Shown here: positions 1 through 11,613 of the stretch, in pieces
How positions within the stretch are numbered: position 1 is the stretch's first letter
Layout of the letters: each line of letters opens with the position of its first letter
Source: Felis catus
Lineage: Eukaryota
NCBI RefSeq assembly: GCF_018350175.1
Contig: NC_058372.1
Location: forward strand, 97,342,001 to 97,406,000
DNA length: 64,000 nucleotides
Direction: 5' to 3'
Translations under genes and position numbers: made by a program
The notes under the pieces: model-generated
The model's input: only the letters and a program-made list of their open reading frames with translations
Told to the model about the DNA's origin: nothing
Databases searched by the model: none

Positions 1-47
1 TTGCAATTTGCCATTAATCAGTGTCCCTTACTATCCTTTAAAGAAAA

Positions 48-277
48 TTTTTTTTAACGTTTTTTTATTCTTGAGAGAGGGTGAGAGAGAGAGAGAGAGA
101 GAGACAGAGCGTGAGTAGGGAGGAGCAGAGAGAGAGAGAGAGAGAGGGAGACACAGAATCCAAAGCAGGCTCCAGGCTGTGAGCTGTCAGCACAGACGTG
201 GGCTGGAACTCAGGAACCATGAGATCATGACCTGAGCCGAAGTTGTATGCTTAACTGATTGAGCCACCCAGGCACTC
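48..277 (-). mobile_element. CanSINE (SINEC_Fc type)
   Basis: T-rich tail, (GA)n, ...gagatcatgacctgagccgaagt...gagccacccaggcac: reverse complement of the tRNA-derived CanSINE. Confidence 0.9.
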
Positions 278-398
278 TAAAATCATTCTTTAAAAAAATA
301 ACATATCATCTTCTGGTAGATAATATATTACTTATTATGTTTACTATTTATATAATTCCTCCATAACAATGTAAACTTGAAGGCAGGAATCTTTGTGT

Positions 399-598
399 GT
401 TTTTTTGAATGTTTATTTATTTATTTTGAGAGAGATTGAGTGAGTGAGAGAGGGGTGGAGAGAGGGAGAGAGAGAATCCCAAGCAGGTCCTCCAGTGTCA
501 GTGCAGAGCCCAATGAGGGGCTCAATGCCAAGAACCGTGAGCTCATGACCTGAGCCAAAATCAAGAGTCAGTCGCTTGACTGAGCCACCCAGGCACCC
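399..598 (-). mobile_element. CanSINE
   Basis: Same architecture; flanking direct repeat caggaatct. Confidence 0.9.
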
Positions 599-651
599 AG
601 GAATCTGTTTTTAATTGACGTATCTCAATTAGAGATAGAACAGTGTTTGAG

Positions 652-700
652 GATGAATGAATGAATAATAGTGAGTGAATGAATGAATGAATGAATGAAT
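652..700. repeat. (GAAT)n microsatellite, possibly an L2 tail
   Basis: Imperfect tgaa repeats. Confidence 0.75.
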
Positions 701-1144
701 AAATCTAGTACCAAATGATAAATATTGAGCTAGTCTCCCAACTAAGTCCCACTTCTCTTATGTATAATAACTACCCACAATTTTTCCTGTCAACATTCTG
801 AATTATCTTAACTTTTTTGTCTAATTTAATAGATGAAAAGTGGCATCTCATTGTTTTAATATTTATTCCTTTAAGTAATAATATAGTTGGATTTTTTCTA
901 TGTTTATTTACTAACTACTTAAAATTCATCTTTTATGAACTGAGACAATGCCATTTATTGGAATGCTTACATTCCATCTATTATGTGTATTCTGTAATAA
1001 CATTAGTTTTTGTTTGTTGAGTACTGTGGGGCTATGTTCTTAACTACTGTACTATGCTAAGTATCATTCTATAGCTAAAATTCTATACAGCTACATATAA
1101 ATAATATGCAATTATACTAGCATATATACGATACATAGATAATA

Positions 1145-1310
1145 CAGCTGACATTTCTTGAGGATTTACTCTAAGGATCATAACAATTTTGCAAGGTAGG
1201 TATTGTTACTACCTTCATTATATTGATGAGGAAATTAAGGGTCAGAGAAGTTAAGTAACTTGTCCAAGGTCACACAGCTGGTAACTCAGTTTGAATTCAT
1301 TGTTGGTGCT
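1145..1310 (-). mobile_element. MIR SINE
   Basis: gatgaggaaattaagggtcagagaagttaagtaacttgtccaaggtcacacagctgg is the MIR core, reversed. Confidence 0.85.
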
Positions 1311-4300
1311 CTGATTCATTAGTAGTAACAGCTACGTTGTATGTTCTCTTTGGTATATGATGTCTTGTGTTATATATTTAAATACATAGATCTAGAGCTG
1401 AGTTGACTTTTAGTAGATATTTTAATGACAGAACCTAAAAATTATCCTTAAGCCTATTAAGTCTGGTATAATACATTGCTGATTTTCTAGAAAAGAATTT
1501 TTTTGGCCCTTTTTTCTTAACAGCCATATGTCTGCAATCATCACGTCACTTTTAAAATTGAATCCTACTAGTAGTCTTGATTTTTAACTAGTTATTATTG
1601 GCCTTTTGGTAGTGTTAATATAATATTTATTTTACTGGGGAGCTGGATGGGAATTATTGCTGCTTAAAATCAAGAATACATGTGCTCTTGAATTTGAGGA
1701 ATTTAAAAATTATGTTTTGGTAGCATTCAGATTATATTTCCGGAATATATTCTTCATCAGCTTGGTCATTTTAACTAAGTATAGCATTTCAGTTTTGCCT
1801 GTAGTATCAAATATACTATTCTTGTTTTGTTTGAGAAATTTGGCTAGGTAGGTTGTTTTTATGTGTTTTAGTTGCTAAAATAAAAGAACAGCTTTTCCTC
1901 AGAGTTTTCTGTAGGGTCTTCATTGTGTTGACTTTGAATGATTATGTTTCTTATTACATCATTTATGAATCTGAAGGTATACAATACTGAAGGAAACCGA
2001 TTTAAAAAAAAATGTTATTTCTTCCTGTCCCTTTCAGGGACACTGGATGGATGTTTTACTAATATGGTCTTAAAAACAAACAAAAAAAAAGAATTCTGAT
2101 GAGCAGAATATCATGCAAAATTCTCCTCTGTAAGCTATCAATATCATTTAAAAAATAGTTTGACCGTTTTTGTAAAACAGAAAAGCTATTAAAAACTGCT
2201 AATAAAAAATAGGTGCTTATTTTTGTGCTAATACTAATTACTGATAATGCATGCTTATGTTTGTCACTCATTACATGGCACTGTACCAATCAGTGGGTGA
2301 CTGAGACTCGAGCACTTACATATGTAAATTAACCATTAGATTTTCTGTTTTTCCTTTTTTACTTAAGTGAGTCATAATGGAAAGCAACTCTAGGTCATAA
2401 AAAATCTTTTCTCTTTAATGCTAATGAAATGTCTCCCCTCTCTGTATTAGCAGACTACCCTTATTGGTAATCTGTAGCCTTCTCTTTTGTTCCTGGTGGT
2501 AATGAAATGCTGGGTGCTAAAAAAGCCCGCTCTCCAAGAATGTGTGGCCAATTGTCTTCTGTTCACTTATACTGTAAAATTACTGTTCCCCAGCAAAGCT
2601 GAACAAGTGCGGGGACAAGATCAAAAGAGTATACATTGGCACCCGGCTACACCAAGTGACTCCTGCTTTATTAATTAGCCATAGCTTCTCCAAGTTAATT
2701 TACTCTGATAGAGCAAAAACATTTCGTAATACAAAAACAACAAATGATAATTCAACCACGAGTCTTTAATAGTTTGCTTTCTTCAACTTCCAATTTAAAT
2801 CTTTGCAGTATGTTATAAGCTAAATGTCTCTTCACTCTTCTGAACCTTAGCGCACAAAAGCTGTTTTTAATTTTTTTCAACAACATTAGTGAGATACTCG
2901 AAGGACAATTTTTATTTTCTAAAATTGGTAACTTTTAATTGATATCATTCTTTTTAAAAGTCAGTGTATTGGGAATCTAATTTAAAAGTGCACTTGCTTC
3001 TGAAATTTGCAAGCTTGTTTGTTCTCTCATCAGAAATGCCACTGGTGTTTAAGCATTTGAAAGGGGCCTTCTCTGTGAGTATTTTTGCGGAAGCAAAATT
3101 TGACAGTGAACCTAAGCTCCAAATTTAATAATATCACTTTCTTCTTAAATAATTAAATACTACTTTTCATTTTAGTCACCACTTTGTAAGCTCCTGAAGT
3201 CTTTTTAATTTAAGGAGTCTCCAGTAGTTTTTTTAGCTAATGTTTTAAAGTTAGAACTTGAGACAGCAAAAAAAGATCTGTGGGCACAGCCCCATTTTCT
3301 GGTTTGTTTTTGTTTTTGTTCAGGTGGGAAGGAAATAATGTAACGTTTGTGTAAGATAATCACCTGAAAAGAGAAAAGAGATGGAGCCCTGTGTAGCCCA
3401 GGTGGTTGTTGTCAGTTAGTTGGTAACTTTCAGTATTTTGATCTAATTTGAAAGAATTCCCCCAGTTTCTATGCTCTAACATGGTTTAAAAATAAGAATG
3501 TGATATTTATTGTGTGATTTATTTTGTGAATATAAAACAAATTTTATTATCTAAAATGCCATTAAAGAAAGATCAAAATAGCTTTACTTAACAAGTATCT
3601 AAAACCCATTTTATTATATTTATAAGGGAAGGTAACAATGATTAATATCTACCTTCACTGTACATTTGTTTTTGAACTCAACTGCCTTCCCTCCTTAATT
3701 TCTGTATTTCTTTGTGATTTTAAAAAGCTTTTTAAAAAGTTATTAAGCTTACTTGTTAATTGTGGATTTTAAAAAATAATTTTAGAAAAGGTAGCTCTAT
3801 GTATCTCTAACTTAGGTGGAACAGTTTTATCTATATTATGCATTTCTGCTTTTGTCAGAAGGAATTTTTTAAAGCCCTGTATTAACCATTCTTGTAAGGT
3901 TTTTATTTTTTTCCTTTTTAATAGAAGGAATATTTGTGTTTGCGAAGGTTAGCAGAGGCTGGCTGTGCTGGAAGTGACTGCAGTGCCTTTTGATTATTCA
4001 TGGACAGTAATAGAAGGCACTTAAAAAGAACAATGAAATTGCTTATTTTTGTGATGGGCCATCTGTTGAATTGTTTTGTGCAACAATTGCACAATAGTAT
4101 CTATGTCATATCATTCTATTTTCAACAGCAGCTGATTATGTCTCACTGGCTATTTGTCCTTATTTCTAAAGTCCCATGACCATTTAAAGTCACCTTTTCA
4201 GGGACCTTTGCCAGAAAGGTATTAGAAATCTCAATCAGCTGTTTATTTTTCTTTTTTTTCTTTTTTCTTTCTCTCTCTCTTCTTTTTTTTTTTTTTTTTT

Positions 4301-4684
4301 TTTTGGTGGGAAGGGGGCGGTGGATGGGGTCTGTGATGGGAGCAGGAGGAGGGATTTGGTCATGTTAGCTCTAATTAATTAGACTTCCTAAATGTTTAGG
4401 ACAATTATCTATGCTTTCCACCTGTAGTTTATAAAAGAAGTTAACACAGAACCATTTGATAATTTGGGTAGAAATGATAGGCTTGCAAAAAAGAGTCAAG
4501 TTTAAAAGACTACTATACACTCTTTTATGGTTTTAATTATCTGCTCTTTTCTTCATGGTGATAATTAGAATTTTTCTCTTGGAATTCACTTCCATCCTTA
4601 AAAAAAAAAAAAAAGATGAGCCATTAGCAAATTTGTTAGAGCAGAAGTGAGTATAAAATAAAACAAATGTGTTGTTGTCCATAG

Positions 4685-4784
4685 GTCACTGACATTGCTG
4701 ATGCCATGATTCTGAAACAGCTTTTTGAAAATCTGTTCAAAAATGGGGTCGTCGTTGTGGCAACATCCAACAGGCCACCGGAAG
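4685..4784 (+). CDS. AFG1L: Internal coding exon (100 nt) of AFG1-like ATPase / LACE1, immediately after the Walker B motif; probably exon 6 by human numbering
   Basis: Acceptor ccatag|GTC and donor GAAG|gtaaaa. Translates [33 protein letters not shown] + 1 nt, which I recognise as the AFG1/ZapE-family segment following DEFQ ([10 protein letters not shown]...ATSNRPP). Exon number is from memory. Confidence 0.96.
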
Positions 4785-5060
4785 GTAAAAACAAACATTG
4801 TGCTAGTCTCATCCAATTAGGTGGAAAATAACAAGCTTTGAAAAATCCATAATTTTATACTCATTTTATTGTGTTAGTAGAATCTGATGACTTTGCTTAT
4901 CATTCATTTTATGACAGTCTAAAAAATCAGTTGGTATTTGTGTCTGAAAAATGTTTATATTCTTTGCAAGTTAAACCCACGTCACCCCCTGTGTTTGATG
5001 CACTTGCTGTTTTTCTCTGAGTATTAGATATATCATATATTGGTATCAAAAAATGATGCT

Positions 5061-5260
5061 GGGAGGTGCCTGGGTGGGTCAGTCAGTTAAGCATCCGATG
5101 CTTAGACGCTTGATTTTGGCTCAGGTCATGATCTCACAGTTTGAGCCCCATGTCGGGCACAAGCCCCCATGTGGAACCTGCTTGCGATTCTCTCTCTCCC
5201 TCTTTCTGTGCACTCTCTTATCTCTTTCTCTCAAAAATAAATAAATAAACATTAAGGAAA
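5061..5260 (+). mobile_element. CanSINE
   Basis: ggtgcctgggtgggtcagtcagttaagc...(CT)n...aaaataaataaa; TSD aaaaaatgatgc on both sides. Confidence 0.9.
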
Positions 5261-5265
5261 AAAAA

Positions 5266-5845
5266 TGATGCCAGCAGGAAGGCTAGGTTTGAGGACCCAG
5301 AGGGGGCCTTGCAGGACCAGCCAAAAGGATCCTTGACTTTATGAAGGATAGAAATCAAATACAAAACACCAGAAAGTGAGAACAGGGTTTACTGAAGATA
5401 CAGAGGGAGCAGATGCAGATGGAGCATCTGGGAGACTTGGGAAGGAAAGGAGCATGAGTCTTGTCTTGGTTCGGGGTTTGGGGGTTTTATTAAGGATTGT
5501 GGTCTGCTGTATGTGTCCTTTCAGGCATCCAAGAACTGGTTAGAACAAAGATAAGGGCCCAGGTGTTAGTCCTTGGAGCCAGTGGGCCTTGGCATTGAGA
5601 TGTCTAGTGCTGGTGGTCTGGAATATTCATATGACAGCTTCATTGGTCATTCTCACCTGGTCCTTCCTTAGATGTAATCTCTACTGAAGAAATCATTAAC
5701 TAACTCCCTGCCCCTTACAAGGAGGAATTACAGCTGTCTGCATTCTGTGGACTGTGTAAAGTGGGGTGTGGGTCCTAGAAAGAACAGAAGCAGGAAAAGG
5801 AGCAAAAAGCAGATTTTTATGGAGTTCTTCAGTTTCTCTGTTTCA
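5266..5845 (-). mobile_element. ERV solo LTR (ERV1-like), about 580 bp
   Basis: TG...CA termini with aaaa on both flanks. GC-richer than its surroundings. Minus strand shows a TATA-like ttaataaaa (~5485-5493) upstream of an AGTAAA polyA-like signal (~5388-5393). Family not identified. Confidence 0.65.
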
Positions 5846-6132
5846 AAAATACAAGGCTTTCTAATTGCTTTTTAGGGGCTGTAAAAGAAGCTCAATGAAA
5901 TGAAAGAGAAAACTCCTAATTGAGTCTTAGAAAAAGAGTTGAATCTTGCTTGCATAAGTAGTTTCTAATACTTAATTTTATTCCTAAAAAAAACACTTGT
6001 GGCTTATTTGAACATCATTTAAGGATTAAAATACAAGTAATATCTAGATAAAAACAAGTTTAAAATGTTTTATCTTTCCATGATGTGGTCAGTTGAAGGC
6101 CAGAGGAACCAAAACCAATATTTAATGCCTTC

Positions 6133-6352
6133 TTTAAAAAAATTTTTTTTTGATGTTTATTTACTTTTGAGAGATAGAGACAGAGTGTGAGCAGGCAAGG
6201 GGCAGAGAGAGAGGGAGACACAGAATCTGAAGCAGGCTCCAGGCTCTGAGCTGTCAGCACAGAGCCCGATGTGGGGCTTGAACTCACGAACCACAAGATC
6301 ATGACCTGAGCTGAAGTCAGAAGCTCAACTGACTGAGCCACCCAGGCGCCCC
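6133..6352 (-). mobile_element. CanSINE (SINEC_Fc type)
   Basis: Full body ending ccaggcgcccc; TSD taatgc(c/a)ttctt. Confidence 0.92.
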
Positions 6353-6379
6353 TAATGCATTCTTAATGTTAACATCTTT

Positions 6380-6700
6380 CTACCCTGGAATGCTCTACCA
6401 CCTGGAATTCCCTGCATGGCTAATTCCTTACCTTTTTCAGGTCTTTACTCAGAAGTTATTTTGCCAAAGAACTGTAGACTTATCTTTCTATTTGAATCTA
6501 CAACCCATCCCTTTTTTTCTTACCTTGCTTCTCCTTTCCTCCTTTATTTTCTTCCTTGTGGTTTATTGTCTATCCTCTTCCAGGATGCAAAGGGTTCATG
6601 AAGGCAGTGACTTTTATCTCTTCTGTTCATGGGTATATACTGAACAACCAAAACAGTGCCTAGCTGATCTCAATAGTCTTAGAGTGAATGTTGAGTGAAT
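6380..6700 (+). mobile_element. L2 3' end fragment
   Basis: ccctggaatgctct...catgaaggcagtgacttt...aacagtgcctagc...tgttgagtgaatg resembles the L2a 3' terminus. Confidence 0.7.
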
Positions 6701-6704
6701 GCAT

Positions 6705-7320
6705 GTTTTTAAAGGTTATCCCTGGCTGCAATACTGAGAATGGATTGTGGGGATGAGATTTCAAAGTTGGAAGTAAGGAGACCATTGATGATATCATTGC
6801 TGCAATCCTGAGGGGAGATAATGGAGCAGTGAGGGTGGTGAGAGTAGTCAGAGTTTGGATATATTTTGTAAGCAGAGCCAAGAGGATTTACTAATGGGAT
6901 GAATATATGGTATTAAAAAAAGAGAAAGGGATAAAGAATGACCCAAAGGTTTTGGCTTGAGCAATTAAAAGGATGAAGTTGATGTTTCCTGAGATGGAGA
7001 GGACTATAGGAGAAGCAGATTTGGGTAGGGAGGGGAAAGTACTGAGGCAGATGCATATCAGAGTTTGGATTTTAATGGAAAAGTTTAGATTGGAGATGAA
7101 AGTTTGGGAGTTCATTGGTCCTAAAGGAAGCTGGTCAGAGCAGCCAGTGAGGTAAGAGGAGAACCAACAGAGTATCAAGTGAAGAAAAGGAAAATGGTAC
7201 AAAAGGATGGATGTCCACTTTTGTTAAATGCTACTAGGAGGTGAAGGGGAGGTTGAGAATTGACCATTGGAATTAGTAACATGGAGTTTATTGGTGGATC
7301 TGAAAAGAGCAATGTAATAG
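6705..7320 (-). mobile_element. L2 internal fragment
   Basis: Purine-rich L2 signature gaatgacccaaaggttttggcttgagcaattaaaaggatgaagttg...ggagaagcagatttggg. Confidence 0.75.
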
Positions 7321-7866
7321 TGATAGTGTGAGTTTTTTCCTTAATAAGCCATGTCATGTGGATGACTTCTATTGAGTTTATAATCTGTTGTTACCTAGAT
7401 CTTACTTTGTGAGCTGCTGTCAAACTAGGTGTCTCTCATTCTGTGTTTGTGTAGTTGATTTCTTTTTTCTTCCTATTACATTTCAGCTTATTAGTCTGTC
7501 TGCATTGTTCTATTTTATGATTTATGTTTGATTATATTTGATTTATGTTTGTATCTTTTTCAAGTGTGGTTCTAACAGATTAGTTTTAGCTATCCCTACT
7601 AACTATGACGTTTATAAAATGGTAATCATGCTGCTATATCTTCAGCCATTCATTAATTAAAACGTAACCAAGTTTAGACCCTCATAGCATACCATTAGAG
7701 GCCTTATTTTAGGGAGACATCAGTTAATTGATACTATTAAATCCGGTTATTCAAACAACTGTAGTTATACCTCATCTATTATATTCTAAGAGAATTATGA
7801 ATGATTCAGATGCACTTATTAAAATATCTATAATACTGTTATAGATAGCATTCTTTTTTTTTAATT

Positions 7867-8086
7867 AAAAAAATTTTTTTTAACGTTTATTTATTTTTGA
7901 GACAGAGAGAGACAGAGCATGAGCGGGGGAGGGTCAGAGAGAGAGAGGGAGACACAGAATCCAAAACAGGCTCCGGGCTCTGAGCTGTCAGCACAGAGCC
8001 CGACGCAGGGCTTGAACTCACGGACAGCGAGATCATGACCTGAGCTGAAGTCGGCCGCCAAACCGACTGAGCCACCCAGGTGCCCC
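7867..8086 (-). mobile_element. CanSINE inserted in the tail of the adjacent SINE
   Basis: Full SINEC_Fc body, CpG-rich; short ttaatt repeat on both sides. Confidence 0.9.
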
Positions 8087-8089
8087 TTA

Positions 8090-8303
8090 ATTTTTTTTTT
8101 TTAATGTTTACTTATTTTCGAGAGAGACAGAGACAGAATGTGAGTGGGTTAGGGGCAGAGAGAGGGAGACACAGAATCTGAAGCAGGCTCCAGGCTCTGA
8201 GCTGTCAACACAGAGCCCGGCGTGGGGCTTGAACTCATGAGCTGTGGGATCATGACCTGAGCTGAAGTCAGACACTCAACCAACTGAGCCACGCAGGCAC
8301 CCC
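8090..8303 (-). mobile_element. CanSINE
   Basis: Full body; TSD agcattctt (7847-7855 and 8304-8312) brackets both tandem SINEs. Confidence 0.9.
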
Positions 8304-8879
8304 AGCATTCTTGTGATTTACTAGGGTGATAACGCTATGAGACACAGCAGTGAGTGTTTTCATATTAGATCATCTGTGAAGGCTCTCCTTTAGCTGACTG
8401 GTGACTTAACTGTGTCATCAGTATTGCCTTTAAACATTCAGTGACAAGCTATAAATAGCAAGGTAGTAGAACAAACTTGGAACACTGCCCCTGCCACCAG
8501 CACCAGTAAAGACTGCCGAAAGGATGATTGCAGTTTGCTGCTCAGTTGGCAGTGATAAACTGAGGAAGGACAGCCACAGGGAAAGGTTAAGGAGCATTCT
8601 GGAACTCAAAGCTTTGTAGGAGTGAGCAAAGTTACAGGCCCACCAAGGTAGCATACAGAAATCCAAAGTGGAACCACTTTTCCAGAGAAGACTGAAAGTT
8701 CAAGATGTGGAATTACAAAAATTGGGCATTAGCCTCAAACGTAAAGCCTTTTCTAAATATGATCCATTGAAGGGACACTGTCATACACTGTTTTTTGTTT
8801 TGGGTTTTTTTTGCCATGGCAGACAATCATCATAAATGGCTTAATATTTTATTATAAAGAAGATGACATATACGTATGT

Positions 8880-9075
8880 ACCAGGAAAATATAAAAGTAT
8901 AGGACAAAGAATAAATAGGTCACTGGTTGCCAGAGGCTACAGTGGGAAGGTGTTTGACTGCAAAGGGGCAACATAAGATAATTTTTTTGGGTGTTTTGTA
9001 TCCTGGTCATGGTTGTAGTTACTTGTATTCAAACTAATAGAACTGTAGATGAAAAAAGTTAATTAAGATTAAAAA
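8880..9075 (+). mobile_element. Ancient L1 (L1M) 3' UTR fragment
   Basis: ggttgccagaggct...tgactgcaaaggggca...aaactaatagaactgta resembles old mammalian L1 3' ends. Confidence 0.55.
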
Positions 9076-9284
9076 CAAATCACATGAATAAGAAATGGCA
9101 GAAAAGAGGTTAGAACCTAGGTTTTGTGACTCTTTACACATTATCCTCTATCATTTCTCCTTGTTGGTCATTACTGATCTTTGTCTACCCTGTCCTAGAT
9201 AAAGTGTGTCCTCTTTTCCAACCGTCAAAATGCATTCAACTTTTTCTTTAGGTCACAGCTTTTCATCTAGAGCCTCCAGATAGG

Positions 9285-9287
9285 TTG

Positions 9288-9331
<44 letters not shown>

Positions 9332-9332
9332 T
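9285..9332. repeat. (TTA)n microsatellite
   Basis: Direct reading. Confidence 0.95.
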
Positions 9333-9369
9333 TAAATAGCACCTACTTATTCTTAGAGTGTTATAAGAG

Positions 9370-10170
9370 GTGGGGGAAGAATCTTCTTATCAGAGGGTTG
9401 AGGCAAAGCCCAATGGCTGGAGAGAGAATGACCCGTTTGAGGAATTGGAAGGTAGCCAGTGTGGCTGGAGTACAGTGAAGGAAGGAAAGTAGGATGCAGT
9501 GAAGTACATATAACATGAATCTGGAGAAGTGACAGACCTTATAAAATAAAAACAAGGATTTTGAATTTTATTCTAAGGGAAATGGGAAGACATTGGATAC
9601 TTTCAGTAGGGACTGACAAGAACAGAGTTGGACTATCACTGGGTATAGTGTGGAGAATGGGTTGTGGAGTGGAGTGCAGTGATGCGGTGGGCTCAGTGAA
9701 GACATGTTAGGAGGCTCTTGCAGCACACTGGATAAGAAATGGTGTTAGTTTGGCATGAGGCAGTTATTGTCACCTAGGGGGATATTGGCAGTGTTTGGGA
9801 CATTTTTGGTTGTCACAACCAGGCAGGGTGGCAATAAGTGCTGCTATTGGCCTCTAGTAGAATTCTTGGTGGAAGCCAAGAATTCTGTCAAAATATCCTA
9901 TAATGTGCAGAGCTACCCCTCACAACAAGGAATTATCTAACCAAAAATGTCTATAGTTCTGAGTTTCAGATACTCTGATATATGGTGATACCAATGGATA
10001 TGGAGAAGATAGATCTGAAAGATATTCCAGAATTAAAATGGATAGTACCTGGTTATAGAGTGGTCACTGAGGAAAAGGTAAAGGAAGATTTAGAAATTGT
10101 TTTAAAATTTTAGGCTTGTACAATTAGGTGGGATGCCTGTCATTCAATAAAGACAGAAAAGTCTGGAGGT
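9370..10170 (-). mobile_element. L2 fragment interrupted by MER20
   Basis: ggaaggtagccagtgtggctggagtacagtg...aaggattttgaattttattctaagggaaatgggaag is L2-like, and similarity resumes after ~9978. Confidence 0.7.
9757..9977 (+). mobile_element. MER20 (hAT-Charlie non-autonomous DNA transposon)
   Basis: gacatttttggttgtcacaac...cacaacaaggaattatctaaccaaaaatgtctatagt matches the recalled MER20 consensus. Confidence 0.85.
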
Positions 10171-10794
10171 TAAAGGTCCTGAAGATAGTGCTCGGTGGAG
10201 AAAAACCTATTTTTTCCCTTCATTAATTTTTTTAGCATCTCTGTTTAATTTTCTTCTACTTCATTCATCTCATTCCCTCCATTTCTAGTTGTGAAAACAT
10301 AAACTTCATGAACAAGAATGGGGATTATTGTTGTTGAGGGAAACTGCTATCATACCCTAATTTTTTAACAGCTTATAACTTGTCAATTAATAGACAAATT
10401 AATTTTAATGGAAAATGAGCAGAAACATTTAATAAGCAATTAATAATTTTAATGAAAAATAATTGATAGCCAAGTGAAAGCAACACCAGAATTTAGGAAC
10501 CTAAGAGAGAAAAATCGTGTAGAAGAGAAAAAAAGGAAGTAATATTTGAGGGGAATGAAAGGAATAAGGTACCAAAGAGTGACTGCCTGTGTGTTACTTT
10601 TTTCTAGTCCTAAATTTGAATTCCTCTCTTGCTTGGGTCCAAGGTCTCACTCTTTATACCCCAGGTAGTTGCTAAAACCCCAAACCAGCATCAGTTCATG
10701 ATTAGTACTTTAGCTTTTAGCCTCCTGTTTTTTTGCTGGTCTGTAGGGATTTTCCCACCTTCTTGCAAGCTTAAAATATGTTTAGTATATTATA

Positions 10795-10999
10795 TTTTTA
10801 ATTTTTTAAAGTTATCTGTTTTGAAAGAGACAGAGCGAATGGGGGAGGGACTTAGAGAGAGGGAGAGAGATAATCCCAAGCAGGCTCTGTGCTGTCAGTG
10901 CAGATCCCAACATGGGGCTCAAACTCACAGCTGTGAGATCACGACCTGAGCTAATATCAAGAGTCGGACGCTTAACCTACTGAACCACCCAGGCGCCCC
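10795..10999 (-). mobile_element. CanSINE
   Basis: Body ending ccaggcgcccc; flanking repeat tttagtatatt. Confidence 0.9.
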
Positions 11000-11613
11000 T
11001 ATATTTTAGTATATTTTAAGCAACAGTTGTAGTGTAACATTTGTAGTGCTACTGTTTTATATTTTCTAGGATAATCTGATTAAGGCTTTTGAGAGAGCAT
11101 CTTGGATCAAATCTATAGGAATAGGAAATTGCTAGAAAATTTTCAGATAAAACATATCTAGAGATAGTTTTTATTTAATTTCTTATTTTTATAAAACCCC
11201 AATTAAATGGTTTATTCATCATTTTTGTCATTTAGGGAAATACTTTATATGGCCCATATACAAATAGACATAGTTTACTTATCAAAGATTATGCTGTCAG
11301 GTCATTAGAAGAGCCAAAAACAAAAATGCACAACTAAAATTTCATATATATGCTACTCAATTTTTAGGTTCTGAAATAGAATGTTGTTAATTACATGATA
11401 TTCTAGTAGAGAAAAAAAAATATTTAAGAGCATGGAGAGCCTAACAACAAATTGATAATAGACAAGTAGGTTACATTAATTAAAATGTGAAATTAATAAA
11501 TTTAAGAACTTATTCAATCAAAAAACAAGAATACATTTTTATGGGGGAAATATGTAAGTTGAACTCAGCTGTGCTTCTTTGACAGTAAGACACAAAGTGG
11601 TAAAAGGAAAAAA

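Noticed and set aside
4246..4355. Long T tract followed by G-rich sequence as a retrocopy tail or splice acceptor
   Set aside because: No recognisable retroposed body or TSD, no AG directly after the tract, and the G-runs have long loops.
4598..4816. 72 aa minus-strand ORF
   Set aside because: Antisense shadow of the AFG1L exon.
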